Source of the DNA: a virus
Taxonomy: Duplodnaviria > Caudoviricetes
Virus record (IMG/VR): IMGVR_UViG_3300010203_000018
Coordinates: 1 to 27,926 of that record
Strand: one strand, 5' to 3'
DNA: 27,926 bases
The position numbers were made by a program, and so were the translations under genes. Below are positions 16,181-24,926 of the stretch, in pieces. The notes beneath the pieces are model-generated. The model worked only from the letters and a program-made list of their open reading frames with translations. It searched no databases and had not been told where the DNA came from. How positions within the stretch are numbered: the stretch's first letter is position 1; each line of letters starts with the position of its first letter.

Positions 16181-17796
16181 GCGCCCTCCCGACCAAAGAG
16201 CAGGTCGCCTCCGCGCGCCACATAACGGAAACGGAATGGCGCAAGCTGCGCCTCGATTCCCTCGCCCAAGGGATCGACGCCGGCGACAGTCTCGACGCCA
16301 TCCTGATTGGCTACCAGCAGAAGCTGCTGCAGACCACGGCCGCTTACCGCGTCACCGTCGTCGAGAAGAGCCGCCGCACCGGGGCCACCTGGGGCGTGGG
16401 CGCGCTGGCCGTGCTGACCTCCGCTTCCGCCGTCGGCCAGGGCGGCATGGACTCGCTCTATATCGGCTACAATCTCGATATGGCGCGCGAGTTCATCGAC
16501 TGCTGCGCCATGTGGGCGCGCGCCTTCAATGAGGTGCTGGTCGGCGAACTCTCTGAATTCATGTTCGACGACGGGCCGGACAAGGCGATCTCCGCCTTCC
16601 GCATTCGTTTCGCGAGCGGCTATGAGATCGTCGCTCTGGCCTCGCGCCCGCGCAGCTTGCGTGGTCGCCAAGGCTTCGTGATCATCGACGAAGCGGCCTT
16701 CCACGACGACTTGAAAGAGCTGATGAAGGCCGCGCTCGCCCTGCTGATCTGGGGCGGCAAGGTGCTGGTCATCTCGACGCACGATGGCGAGGGCAATTAT
16801 TACAACGAGCTGGTCAAGGAGGCGCGCTCCGGCGCCAAGGGCTACGGCTATTGCCGCTTCACCTTTGACGACGCTCTGAAAGACGGGCTCTACAAGCGGG
16901 TCTGCCTGCGCACCGGCGAGCAATGGAGCGTCGAGGCGGAGGCGGCTTGGCGCGCCGGCATCATCCGCGAATATGGCGACGCCGCCGATGAGGAGCTGTT
17001 CTGCATTCCCAGCGAGGGCGAGGGCTCCTGGTTGACGGCGCCGTTGATCGAAGCGCGCGCGCGGGCGTCGATTCCGGTGGTGCGGCTGACATGCCCGAAG
17101 GCGTTCACCTTCTGGGCGGATCATTTGCGCCGCGCCTTCATCGACGATTGGTGTGAGCGCGAGCTGCTGCCGCTGCTCAGGAAATGCGATCCCAAGCTGA
17201 TGCATTTCATGGGGGGCGACTACGGCCGCATCTCCGACCTGACCGTGCTTTGGCCGCTAGCGATCCAGCAGACGATGCGCCGCACTACGCCGTTCGTGGT
17301 GGAATTGCGGTCCGTGCCCTTCGACTGCCAGAAGCAGATTCAGAGCTACATTTTCAAGCGGCTGCCGCGTTTCTGCGGCTTCAAAGGCGACGCCACCGGC
17401 CTGGGCTTCGCACTGGCGGAGGCGGCGCAGCAGGAGCTGGGCGAGCTTCGCTCCGAGGCCGTCATGCTGAACGTGCCATGGTATCGCGAAAACGCAGAGC
17501 CGGTCAAAACCGCCTTTGAAGACGACATGATCGAGATCCCCGCCGACGCCGAGATCGTCGCCGATCTCCGCCTCGTCCAGGTCAAGGGGGGCGTGCCCTT
17601 CATGCCGGCGCTGAAGTCGGGCGTGAAGAAGGACCGTCACGGCGACTCTGCTGTCGCGCTGATGCTGGCCTATTCCGCCAGCCGGTCGGCCCTGCACGAA
17701 TATGATTACGAGAGCGCCGCCACGGTCGCCGAGGACCGCCGCAAACGGGATGCGGCCGAGGATGATGGCATGATCGATCCCAGAGGGCTTTATTGA
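16177..17796 (+). CDS. Terminase large subunit (Mu gp28-like)
   Basis: EKSRRTGAT, RGRQGFVIIDEAAFH, VISTH, GGDYGRISDLTV, DATGLG, HGDSAVA. Confidence 0.95.
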   Translation: MSALPTKEQVASARHITETEWRKLRLDSLAQGIDAGDSLDAILIGYQQKLLQTTAAYRVTVVEKSRRTGATWGVGALAVLTSASAVGQGGMDSLYIGYNLDMAREFIDCCAMWARAFNEVLVGELSEFMFDDGPDKAISAFRIRFASGYEIVALASRPRSLRGRQGFVIIDEAAFHDDLKELMKAALALLIWGGKVLVISTHDGEGNYYNELVKEARSGAKGYGYCRFTFDDALKDGLYKRVCLRTGEQWSVEAEAAWRAGIIREYGDAADEELFCIPSEGEGSWLTAPLIEARARASIPVVRLTCPKAFTFWADHLRRAFIDDWCERELLPLLRKCDPKLMHFMGGDYGRISDLTVLWPLAIQQTMRRTTPFVVELRSVPFDCQKQIQSYIFKRLPRFCGFKGDATGLGFALAEAAQQELGELRSEAVMLNVPWYRENAEPVKTAFEDDMIEIPADAEIVADLRLVQVKGGVPFMPALKSGVKKDRHGDSAVALMLAYSASRSALHEYDYESAATVAEDRRKRDAAEDDGMIDPRGLY

Positions 17797-19547
17797 TGGC
17801 GAAAAAGAAGAAAGCCCAGTCGGCGAAATCGCTCGATCCTGTCGAGCCTTATACCGGCGAGGCCCCGGAGGGCGAGGCCGGTATGCACGGGCCGTCTCCG
17901 CTCCTGGAAGACGGGCAGATTCCCGACCGCGAGCTTTCCATTCCCGAGAAGCAGGAGCTTTCGGAGGAGCTGGCGCGGCCGGAGCTGATCGGCGTCCGCT
18001 CGTTCTGGGATCAGAGCGTCGCCAGCGGCCTGTCGCCGGAGCGGCTCGCCGCCATCCTGCAAAACACGAAACGCGGCGACCTCCGGGCCTTCCTTGAGCT
18101 TGCCGAGGAAATGGAGGAGCGCGATCTGCATTACCTGTCCGTGCTCTCGACCCGCAAGCGGCAGGTGGCGCGGCTGCAGGCGTCGATCGAGGCGGACAAG
18201 GCGCGCGGCGTGGACAAGCGCGTGGCGGAGGCCGTGCGCGATCTGGTCGAGGCGCCCGCCTTTCGCGGTTTGATGAAGTCGATGATGGACGCCTTCGGCA
18301 AGGGCTATTCCGTCACCGAAATCATGTGGGCGCAGGAAGACGGGCTGCTCAAGCCGGTCGCCTACGTCTGGCGCGACCCGAAATATTTCACCTTCGACTA
18401 TGTCTCGCGCACCGAGACCCGCCTCGCCGAGTTTGGCACGATCGACGGCGCGCCGCTGCCGCCGGCCAAATTCGTTGTGCATAAGCCGGAGATCAAATCG
18501 GGCATCCCGATCCGGGGCGGTTACGCTTGGCTGTGCGCCTGGTCGTGGCTGTTCAAACAATTCTCGCTCAAGGATTGGATGACGTTCCTCGACGTCTATG
18601 GGATGCCGCTGCGGCTCGGCAAATACCACGCCGGGGCGTCGGCCGAGGACAAGCGCAAGCTGCTGCAGGCGGTGTCGCGGATCGCGGTGGACGCGGCGGC
18701 GATCATCCCCGAGACGATGATGATCGAGTTCCTGGAGGCCAAGGGATACGCCGACAAACCCTTCGCGGCCTTCGCGGAATATCTCGACAAGCAAATGTCG
18801 AAAGCGATCCTTGGCCAGACCATGACCACGGACGGCCAGGCCGGCGGTCTGGCCCAGGCGAAAGTGCATGACGAGGTCCGCATCGACATCCTGGAGGATG
18901 ACGCGGACGAGGCCGCGATCACGGTCAATCGCGATGTGATCCGCTGGTTTGTCCAGATCAACTACGGCGCCAGCGCCAAGGCGCCGTGGGTGAAATTCCC
19001 GGTGGCGGAGCCGCAGGATATCAAGACCAAGAGCGACGCCATCGCCAAGCTGGTCGGCGTCGGGCTGGAGGTCTCGCAGGCCGAGGTGCGCGGGATCGTC
19101 GGCCTGCGTGAACCGATCGAGGGCGAGAAGTTGCTGCGACCGCCGGCCGCGCCGCAGGCGGAGCCGGATGGGGACGAGGACGAGGACGAGAGCGGCGAGG
19201 CCGATCCCGTCGCCAGCAACCGCGCCAGGGCGCACCGCTGCTCCTGCGGCTGCGGCAGGCCGCTACGCCTCGCCCATAACGCCGCCGCGACCGCGACGCA
19301 GCCCGATGTGGTGGACGAGATCGGCGAGGATGAGGCCGCGGACTGGGAGGCGCAGCTCGGGCCATTCGTCGAGCAGATCGAGGCGGAGCTGGAGGCGGCG
19401 GCGAGCTTTGAGGATTTCGAGGCGCGGCTTGATCGGCTGGCGGGGCGCATGAACCTCGACCCGTTGCTCAAGCGCTTGATGGTTTCCGCCATGAAGGCGC
19501 GCGGCTTCGGACAATCTTCCGGCCCCGGCGGTCGTCTCGATGCCTGA
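17796..19547 (+). CDS. Portal protein (Mu gp29 / DUF935)
   Basis: EEMEERDLHY, FLDVYGMPLRLGKY, MSKAILGQTMT, VHDEVRIDI. Confidence 0.93.
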   Translation: MAKKKKAQSAKSLDPVEPYTGEAPEGEAGMHGPSPLLEDGQIPDRELSIPEKQELSEELARPELIGVRSFWDQSVASGLSPERLAAILQNTKRGDLRAFLELAEEMEERDLHYLSVLSTRKRQVARLQASIEADKARGVDKRVAEAVRDLVEAPAFRGLMKSMMDAFGKGYSVTEIMWAQEDGLLKPVAYVWRDPKYFTFDYVSRTETRLAEFGTIDGAPLPPAKFVVHKPEIKSGIPIRGGYAWLCAWSWLFKQFSLKDWMTFLDVYGMPLRLGKYHAGASAEDKRKLLQAVSRIAVDAAAIIPETMMIEFLEAKGYADKPFAAFAEYLDKQMSKAILGQTMTTDGQAGGLAQAKVHDEVRIDILEDDADEAAITVNRDVIRWFVQINYGASAKAPWVKFPVAEPQDIKTKSDAIAKLVGVGLEVSQAEVRGIVGLREPIEGEKLLRPPAAPQAEPDGDEDEDESGEADPVASNRARAHRCSCGCGRPLRLAHNAAATATQPDVVDEIGEDEAADWEAQLGPFVEQIEAELEAAASFEDFEARLDRLAGRMNLDPLLKRLMVSAMKARGFGQSSGPGGRLDA

Positions 19548-20808
19548 CGCCTTCTCGACGGAGCTTTTCGCCAAGCCTCCGGCGGAGGTGCTGCGCTACT
19601 TCGATTCAAAGGGCGTTAAACCGTCCTGGCATTATCAGGACTTCGCCGTCGAGGAGCACGCCCACGCCTTCACGGTGGCGAAGTCGGCTGGCTATGACAT
19701 TCTCGGCGACATCAAGTCGGCGCTGTCCGAGGCGATCCATAATCGGCAGGACTTCGAGGAGTTCCAAAAGAACCTGCGGCCAATCCTCCAGGCCAAGGGC
19801 TGGTGGGGCAAATCGGTCGAGACCGACCCGCTGACCGGCGAGACCAGTGTGGCGCAACTCGGCTCCTCGCGGCGGCTGCGGACGATCTATTGGGCCAATG
19901 TCAACGGGGCCTATGCGGCGGGCGAATGGGAGCGCATCCAGCGCACTAAGGACATTTTGCCCTACCTCGAATATCTGATCTCGACCGCCGTCCATAAGCG
20001 GCTGGAGCATCTGGAGTGGGTCGGCACGATCCTGCCCGTGGATGACGAATGGTGGGCAGAGCACTACCCGCCGAACGGCTGGAATTGCCAATGCCGCGTT
20101 CGCCAGCTGTCGGAGTACGAGGCGGAGCAGCGCGGGATCGATCCCGACAATCTTGATCGACCCCAGAGCTTCGGGCGGCGTCCCTATGTGAACAAGCGCA
20201 CCGGCGAAGTGCGCGACGTGCCTGTGGGCGTCGATCCGGCCTGGGCGGGCAATCCCGGCATGGTGCGCCAGCGCGCCGCGGCCGACTTCTTGGTCGGGAA
20301 GCTCGACGCCATGACGCCGGAGATGCGCCGCATCGCCGTCGAGGATATCGCCGGATCGTGGCTGATGCGGATGATCCAGTCCGGCGAGATCAAATACGAT
20401 CCGAAAAGCGCTGACCCCGCCAATATCCAGCGCGGGCGGATCGAGGCGCCAATCGCGGTGCTGCCGCAAGAACTTTCGGAGGCCATCGGCGCGGAGTCGC
20501 AGGTGGTGCGATTTTCGGTGGCTACGGCGGCCAAGCAAGCGCGCCCCGAAAAGGGGCGCGGGCATTTCAAGCCGAAGGACTACACAAAGGTTCAGGCGCT
20601 GATCGACAAAGGCGAGGTTCTTCGCCAGGCGGACGGTCGCGATCTTGTTTTCCAGGGTGTGGTCGCCGGCGAGCCGTGGTTGATCGTCGTGCGCCGCGCC
20701 GCATCGAAGCCGAACGAAGTTCGGCTCGTGACCATGCACCGGACCAATGAAAAGGACATGGAGCAGAACCGGCAGCGCGGCGATCTGGTTCGGCGTGGGG
20801 AGGAGTAA
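19540..20808 (+). CDS. MuF (gp30) head morphogenesis protein with C-terminal extension, probable PBECR-type RNase fold
   Basis: AFTVAK, LQAKGWWG, RLRTIYWAN, YPPNGWNCQCRV, GVDPAWAGNPG; extra ca. 120 aa ending LIVVRRA...EVRLVTMHR. Confidence 0.9.
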   Translation: MPDAFSTELFAKPPAEVLRYFDSKGVKPSWHYQDFAVEEHAHAFTVAKSAGYDILGDIKSALSEAIHNRQDFEEFQKNLRPILQAKGWWGKSVETDPLTGETSVAQLGSSRRLRTIYWANVNGAYAAGEWERIQRTKDILPYLEYLISTAVHKRLEHLEWVGTILPVDDEWWAEHYPPNGWNCQCRVRQLSEYEAEQRGIDPDNLDRPQSFGRRPYVNKRTGEVRDVPVGVDPAWAGNPGMVRQRAAADFLVGKLDAMTPEMRRIAVEDIAGSWLMRMIQSGEIKYDPKSADPANIQRGRIEAPIAVLPQELSEAIGAESQVVRFSVATAAKQARPEKGRGHFKPKDYTKVQALIDKGEVLRQADGRDLVFQGVVAGEPWLIVVRRAASKPNEVRLVTMHRTNEKDMEQNRQRGDLVRRGEE

Positions 20809-20870
20809 CCGGGCGGAGGGGCGGTACTCCCTCGCAGCGCATGGCTGGCGCACCAATGTCTCGCCCGGCT
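20807..20870 (-). ncRNA. Putative small tRNA-like structured RNA
   Basis: AGCCGGGCG-AGACAUUGGU-GCGC(CAGCCAU)GCGC-UGC-GAGGG(AGUACCGC)CCCUC-CGCCCGGUU; begins 6 nt downstream of a predicted -10. Confidence 0.5.
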
Positions 20871-20875
20871 GACCG

Positions 20876-20904
20876 AATATAGTCTTTTCGGCGCTCGAAG
20901 GCAA
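20876..20904 (-). promoter_or_regulatory. Sigma70-type promoter pointing at the MuF 3' end
   Basis: Minus strand TTGCCT (20904-20899)-17 bp-TATATT (20881-20876). Confidence 0.65.
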
Positions 20905-21063
20905 AAGTTGCAGGGAGGCCCGCTGAAGCCTATGCTCGCTTCGCCGCTCCAACGGCAGCGCTTCTTCGCCGAAGGGCCTGTACGGCTTTCAATGGCCTTT
21001 TAACGGCGAAGTTTTTCGGCCTCCTTTCCTGACATCCGCGACCGGCGCGCACGAAGGCGTGGA

Positions 21064-21109
21064 GGGGGCGCGCGCCCCCATCAATTCGGGATCGGCGGAG
21101 CGCGATTGT
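21064..21109 (+). promoter_or_regulatory. Candidate activator-dependent late promoter (head operon, PI equivalent)
   Basis: Perfect palindrome GGGGGCGCGCGCCCCC (21064-21079), 24 bp, then GATTGT (21104-21109), ATG at 21119. Confidence 0.5.
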
Positions 21110-21118
21110 CGCCGGGCC

Positions 21119-22102
21119 ATGACGAACAGCGCCCGTCCTTTCCTCGCCCATAATTCCGACGACGCCAACGCGGCTTTCGGCGCGGCGGTGGCGCTGTGCG
21201 CCGAGGTCGCCACGGACGCGCCCGAATGGGTCGAGTTGCTGCCGCAGGGACCGCGCCTCCAGGGTATCGATGGGCGCGCCTGGACGCTGTCCGATCCTGA
21301 AAAACTGCTGGTCGCTTTCAACCGGCGCCGTCTCGCGCTGCCGATCGATTTCGAGCACGCGCAATTCATCAAGGCCCCGCAGGGCGAAGTGGCCCCGGCC
21401 GCCGGCTGGATTGAGGCGCTGGAGATCCGCAACGGCAAGACCTTCGGGCGCGTCGCCTGGACGCAGAAGGGCTCCGCCGCCATCAATTCCCGCGAGTACC
21501 GCTATCTCTCGCCGTCGTTCACGCATGACGCCAAGGGCGAGGTTATCGAGATCGTCGGCGCGGGCCTCGTCAATCGCCCCAATTTCCGACAGGCCGCTCT
21601 TAATCAAGAGGCAACATCAATGAAGGAACTGCTCAAGAAGCTCGGCCTCGCCGAGGATGCGACCGAGAACGACGCCATCGCGGCGGTCGATCGGCTGCAG
21701 GCCGCGCACAATGCGCAGAAGCCCGACCCGGCGCTGTTCGTGCCGCGCGCCGATTACGAGCTGGCGCTCAACCGGGCTTCGACGGCCGAAAAGCGCATCG
21801 TCGACGATGGCGCCGCCCGCCTCAAGGCTGCAGCCGAAGCCGCCGTCGAGCAGGCCATCAAGGATCGCAAGATCGCGCCGACCTCCCGCGAATATCATCT
21901 CGCCAATTGCGCCGACCAGGCCGGCTTCGACCGCTTCGCCGCCATGGTGAAGGACTTGCCCGCGCTGCTGCCGGACGTCGACCTCTCGAAGACCGCCGCG
22001 CAGACCGGCGTCGCGCTGAACGCCGAGCAGCAGGCCGTCGCCGTGGCCATGGGCCTCGACGACAAGGCCTTCGCCGAATTTCTCGCCAGCCAGAAGAAGT
22101 AA
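21119..22102 (+). CDS. Mu-like prohead protease I (gp32)
   Basis: WVELLP.G, GIDGR.W, LPIDFEH, APAAGWI, V.WT, EYRYLSPSF, GLVNRPN. Confidence 0.93.
   Translation: MTNSARPFLAHNSDDANAAFGAAVALCAEVATDAPEWVELLPQGPRLQGIDGRAWTLSDPEKLLVAFNRRRLALPIDFEHAQFIKAPQGEVAPAAGWIEALEIRNGKTFGRVAWTQKGSAAINSREYRYLSPSFTHDAKGEVIEIVGAGLVNRPNFRQAALNQEATSMKELLKKLGLAEDATENDAIAAVDRLQAAHNAQKPDPALFVPRADYELALNRASTAEKRIVDDGAARLKAAAEAAVEQAIKDRKIAPTSREYHLANCADQAGFDRFAAMVKDLPALLPDVDLSKTAAQTGVALNAEQQAVAVAMGLDDKAFAEFLASQKK
21620..22102 (+). CDS. Scaffold protein Z (in-frame internal start in gene I)
   Basis: GAGG at 21608 then ATG 21620 (MKELLKKLGL); matches the Mu I/Z arrangement. Confidence 0.7.
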   Translation: MKELLKKLGLAEDATENDAIAAVDRLQAAHNAQKPDPALFVPRADYELALNRASTAEKRIVDDGAARLKAAAEAAVEQAIKDRKIAPTSREYHLANCADQAGFDRFAAMVKDLPALLPDVDLSKTAAQTGVALNAEQQAVAVAMGLDDKAFAEFLASQKK

Positions 22103-22111
22103 GGACGCAAA

Positions 22112-22534
22112 ATGGCCGCTCTCACCGCCGGGCGTCTGCCCAAGGCTCTCCTCAACCGCACCTCGCGCCGCTTCCCGGTCAAGGGCGGGATCGTGATCTG
22201 GGAAGGCGGCATGGTCGCGCTGTCGGGCGTTGGCGCCGCCGCCGTCGCCGTGCCGGCCTCCGCCGCAGCGGCGCTGAAGGTCGTCGGCGTCGCCGATGGC
22301 ACCGCCGACAATCGCACCGGCCTTGATGGCGCGGCCAACGTCTCCGCCAATCTCGGCGCCTACCTCATGAACAACGACGCCGCCGACCCGGTGACGATCG
22401 CCGATATCGGCGCCCCCGTCTACGTCACCGACGACAATACGATCGCCAAGACCAGCGCTTCGGGCGCGAAGCCGGTGGCGGGCACTCTCTTCAATATCGA
22501 CCCCACCGGCGCCGCCTGGGTGAAATTCGACTGA
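22112..22534 (+). CDS. Putative head decoration / cement protein
   Basis: Small Ala/Gly/Val-rich protein between protease and capsid; ADIGAPVYVTDDNT...AWVKF. Confidence 0.75.
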   Translation: MAALTAGRLPKALLNRTSRRFPVKGGIVIWEGGMVALSGVGAAAVAVPASAAAALKVVGVADGTADNRTGLDGAANVSANLGAYLMNNDAADPVTIADIGAPVYVTDDNTIAKTSASGAKPVAGTLFNIDPTGAAWVKFD

Positions 22535-22557
22535 GCCCGGAAGGCTAGGAGCGCACG

Positions 22558-23511
22558 ATGCCGAAAATTATCACTCCCTCCGTCCTGGACGCGATCTTCC
22601 AGGGCTTTAATTTCCAGTTCAACGCCGGCTTCAAGGGCGTCACGCCGACCTGGAGCAAGGTCGCGATGGAGACGTCCTCCAGCGCCGAAGCCGAGAACTA
22701 CGGGTGGCTCGGCCAGATGCCGCGCATCCGCGAATGGATCGGCGACCGCGTCGTCAATTCGCTGGACAGCTTCGGCTACCAGATCAGGAATAGGACTTTC
22801 GAGTCCACGATCACCGTCAAGCGCGAGCAGATCGAGGATGACAAATACGGTCTGTTCAATCCGCTGTTCAGCGGCCTCGGTCGATCCGTCGCGCAGTTCC
22901 CCGACGAACTGGTCTTCGGCCTGTTCCCCAACGGTTTCAGTTCGCGGTGTTTCGACGGTCAGAACTTCTTCGACACCAACCATCCGGTGAAGGACGACAA
23001 GGGCAACGTCACCGTCGTGTCGAACGTCCAGACCGTCCAGGCTCCGACCAACGCCGCCTGGTATCTGCTCGACACCACGCAGATGCTGAAGCCCTTCATC
23101 TTCCAGAAGCGCCGGGCTTTCAGCTTCGTCTCCAAGACCGATCCGAACAGCTCCGACCGCGTGTTCGAGCGCAACGAATATGTCTATGGCACGGACGGCC
23201 GCTGCAACGCTGGCTACGGCTTCTGGCAGTGCGCTTTCGCCTCCAACGCGCCGCTGACCCGCGCCAATTTCCGCGCCGCGCGTCAGGCCATGATCAACTT
23301 CAAGGCGGACTTCGGCCGTCCGCTCGGCATCGGCCCGAACCTGCTGGTGGTCGGCCCGTCGCTGGAGCAGGTGGCGCGCGACTTGATCAAGTCGAAGTTC
23401 CTGCCGGTGGATGGAGTCCCCGGCGGCTCCGTGCAGTCCGGCGCGCTCGGCATGATCGACAACACCGACATGGACCTGGTCGAGGTCTTCATGTCGCCCT
23501 GGCTGGCGTGA
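22558..23511 (+). CDS. Major capsid protein (Mu gpT)
   Basis: YGWLGQMPRIREWIGDR, IEDD, CFDGQNFFDTNHPV, WYLLDT..LKPFIFQKR, GYGFWQ. Confidence 0.96.
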   Translation: MPKIITPSVLDAIFQGFNFQFNAGFKGVTPTWSKVAMETSSSAEAENYGWLGQMPRIREWIGDRVVNSLDSFGYQIRNRTFESTITVKREQIEDDKYGLFNPLFSGLGRSVAQFPDELVFGLFPNGFSSRCFDGQNFFDTNHPVKDDKGNVTVVSNVQTVQAPTNAAWYLLDTTQMLKPFIFQKRRAFSFVSKTDPNSSDRVFERNEYVYGTDGRCNAGYGFWQCAFASNAPLTRANFRAARQAMINFKADFGRPLGIGPNLLVVGPSLEQVARDLIKSKFLPVDGVPGGSVQSGALGMIDNTDMDLVEVFMSPWLA

Positions 23512-23521
23512 GGGGGCGGAC

Positions 23522-23893
23522 ATGGCGAAAGACCCCAAGACGCCTACCGCGCCGGTCAGCTCGGATCAGGACGCCCAGGACGCACTCCAGAAAGTTGTTT
23601 CTGCGCTGCGGGCCGGCGAACCCGGCGAAAAGGTGAAGGTGCGCGGCCCCGAAGACGGTCGCTGGCGCGGCGGCATCCAGTTCGGCCCGACCGAGGTCGA
23701 GATCGATCTCGGCGAAATCTCCGCCAAGGCCTGGGCCGAGATCGAGGCGGACAGCTACCTCGACGTGCGCTGGCCCGAACTGGCGCCCGCGCCGGAACCC
23801 GAGAAAGCCTCCGAATCGAAGAAGGAACCGGAGGAGGTCCCCGAACCGAAGAAAGCTTCGGAGCCAGCGCCGGAGCCGGCCAAGGCTCCCTGA
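23522..23893 (+). CDS. Mu gp35 / HI1506-like protein with Pro/Glu/Lys-rich tail
   Basis: GRWRGGIQF...IEADSYLDV; position after gpT. Confidence 0.65.
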   Translation: MAKDPKTPTAPVSSDQDAQDALQKVVSALRAGEPGEKVKVRGPEDGRWRGGIQFGPTEVEIDLGEISAKAWAEIEADSYLDVRWPELAPAPEPEKASESKKEPEEVPEPKKASEPAPEPAKAP

Positions 23894-23957
23894 CCGAATT
23901 CGGGCGCGTGTCCGTCGCGCCCGGATAGCGCCGCCTCATGGGCGCTCCTCCCTGACT

Positions 23958-23983
23958 GCCGGGGCTTCGGCCCCGGCTCTTTT
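23958..23983 (+). terminator. Rho-independent terminator after head operon
   Basis: GCCGGGGC-TTCG-GCCCCGGC-TCTTTT. Confidence 0.85.
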
Positions 23984-24000
23984 CCGACCGAGGACTGGCC

Positions 24001-24441
24001 ATGGCCTATGCGACAATCGCCGACATCCGCGCCAAATGGTCCGCCGAGGCGGTCGACCTGCTTGCCTGGGACGACGCCGCGCAGGCGGCCAACGAAGATC
24101 GGATTTCCGGCGCGCTCGACGCCGGCGCGGCCATCATCGATTCCTATCTCGGCCGGCGCTACAAGCTGCCCGTCTCGCCCTATCCCGACGCCGCCATCCT
24201 GCTGCGGGGCTTTTGCTGCGATCTCGCCATGGGCCAGCTCGCCAACACGCCGGCGACCCGCAACGAGATCATCATCGGCGCCGAGAAAGCGGCGCTCGCC
24301 TTCTTGCGCGATCTGTCCGAAGGCAAGGCGACGCTCAACATCATTCCGCCGCCGGAAGCCGGAACGCCGATCGGGCCGGACGAGCCGGTGCTGATCGACG
24401 ACGCGGGCGATTGCATGCGCCGCCGCCTGCGGAGGCTGTGA
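24001..24441 (+). CDS. Head-tail adaptor (Mu gp36 / DUF1320)
   Basis: MAYATIADI, IDSYLGRRYKLP, CCDLA, ALAFLRDLSEGKATL. Confidence 0.9.
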   Translation: MAYATIADIRAKWSAEAVDLLAWDDAAQAANEDRISGALDAGAAIIDSYLGRRYKLPVSPYPDAAILLRGFCCDLAMGQLANTPATRNEIIIGAEKAALAFLRDLSEGKATLNIIPPPEAGTPIGPDEPVLIDDAGDCMRRRLRRL

Positions 24442-24926
24442 TGAGCGGCGTCGGCTTCAAGCTCGAAATTGCGGGCCTCGACCAGGCGGTCGCGCGGCTG
24501 AATGCGCTCGGGACGATCCATTTCTATGAGCTGCTCGACCGGCTGTCAGCCATCGGCAAGACGCAGACCGAGAAACGCATCCGGTTGGAAAAGACCACGC
24601 CCGATGGCAAGGCGTGGCCGAAAACCACGGACGGGCGCGGCGCGCTCTATGTAACCGGCGCCTTCGCGCACAATTACATTCAGGCGGAAGTCTCCGGCGA
24701 CGACGCCGTGTGGGGCTCAGGCTGGAAAGCCGCCCGTATCCACCAGTTCGGCGGCGTCATTCGCCCAGTGAACGCCAAATGCCTCGCCTTCAGCATCGGC
24801 GCCAAGAAGATCTTCGCCAAGGCCTCGAAAATCCCGGCCCGCGCCTATCTGGGCGTCTCCGCCGAAAACGCGAGGGAGCTTGAAGCCGCCGCCGTCAAAT
24901 TCATCGGCCTGAGGTTGACCGCATGA
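24441..24926 (+). CDS. Virion morphogenesis protein (Mu gpG / P2 S family)
   Basis: PDGKAWP, ARIHQFGG, IPARAYLGVS. Confidence 0.88.
   Translation: MSGVGFKLEIAGLDQAVARLNALGTIHFYELLDRLSAIGKTQTEKRIRLEKTTPDGKAWPKTTDGRGALYVTGAFAHNYIQAEVSGDDAVWGSGWKAARIHQFGGVIRPVNAKCLAFSIGAKKIFAKASKIPARAYLGVSAENARELEAAAVKFIGLRLTA

Noticed and set aside
20807-20870. Canonical tRNA-Gly(GCC) gene
   Set aside because: No D-stem, no TTC in the T-like loop, no U33, no CCA; reported only as tRNA-like
23780-23890. Short repeats encoding PAPEP/KASE
   Set aside because: Low-complexity protein linker, not CRISPR or a regulatory repeat
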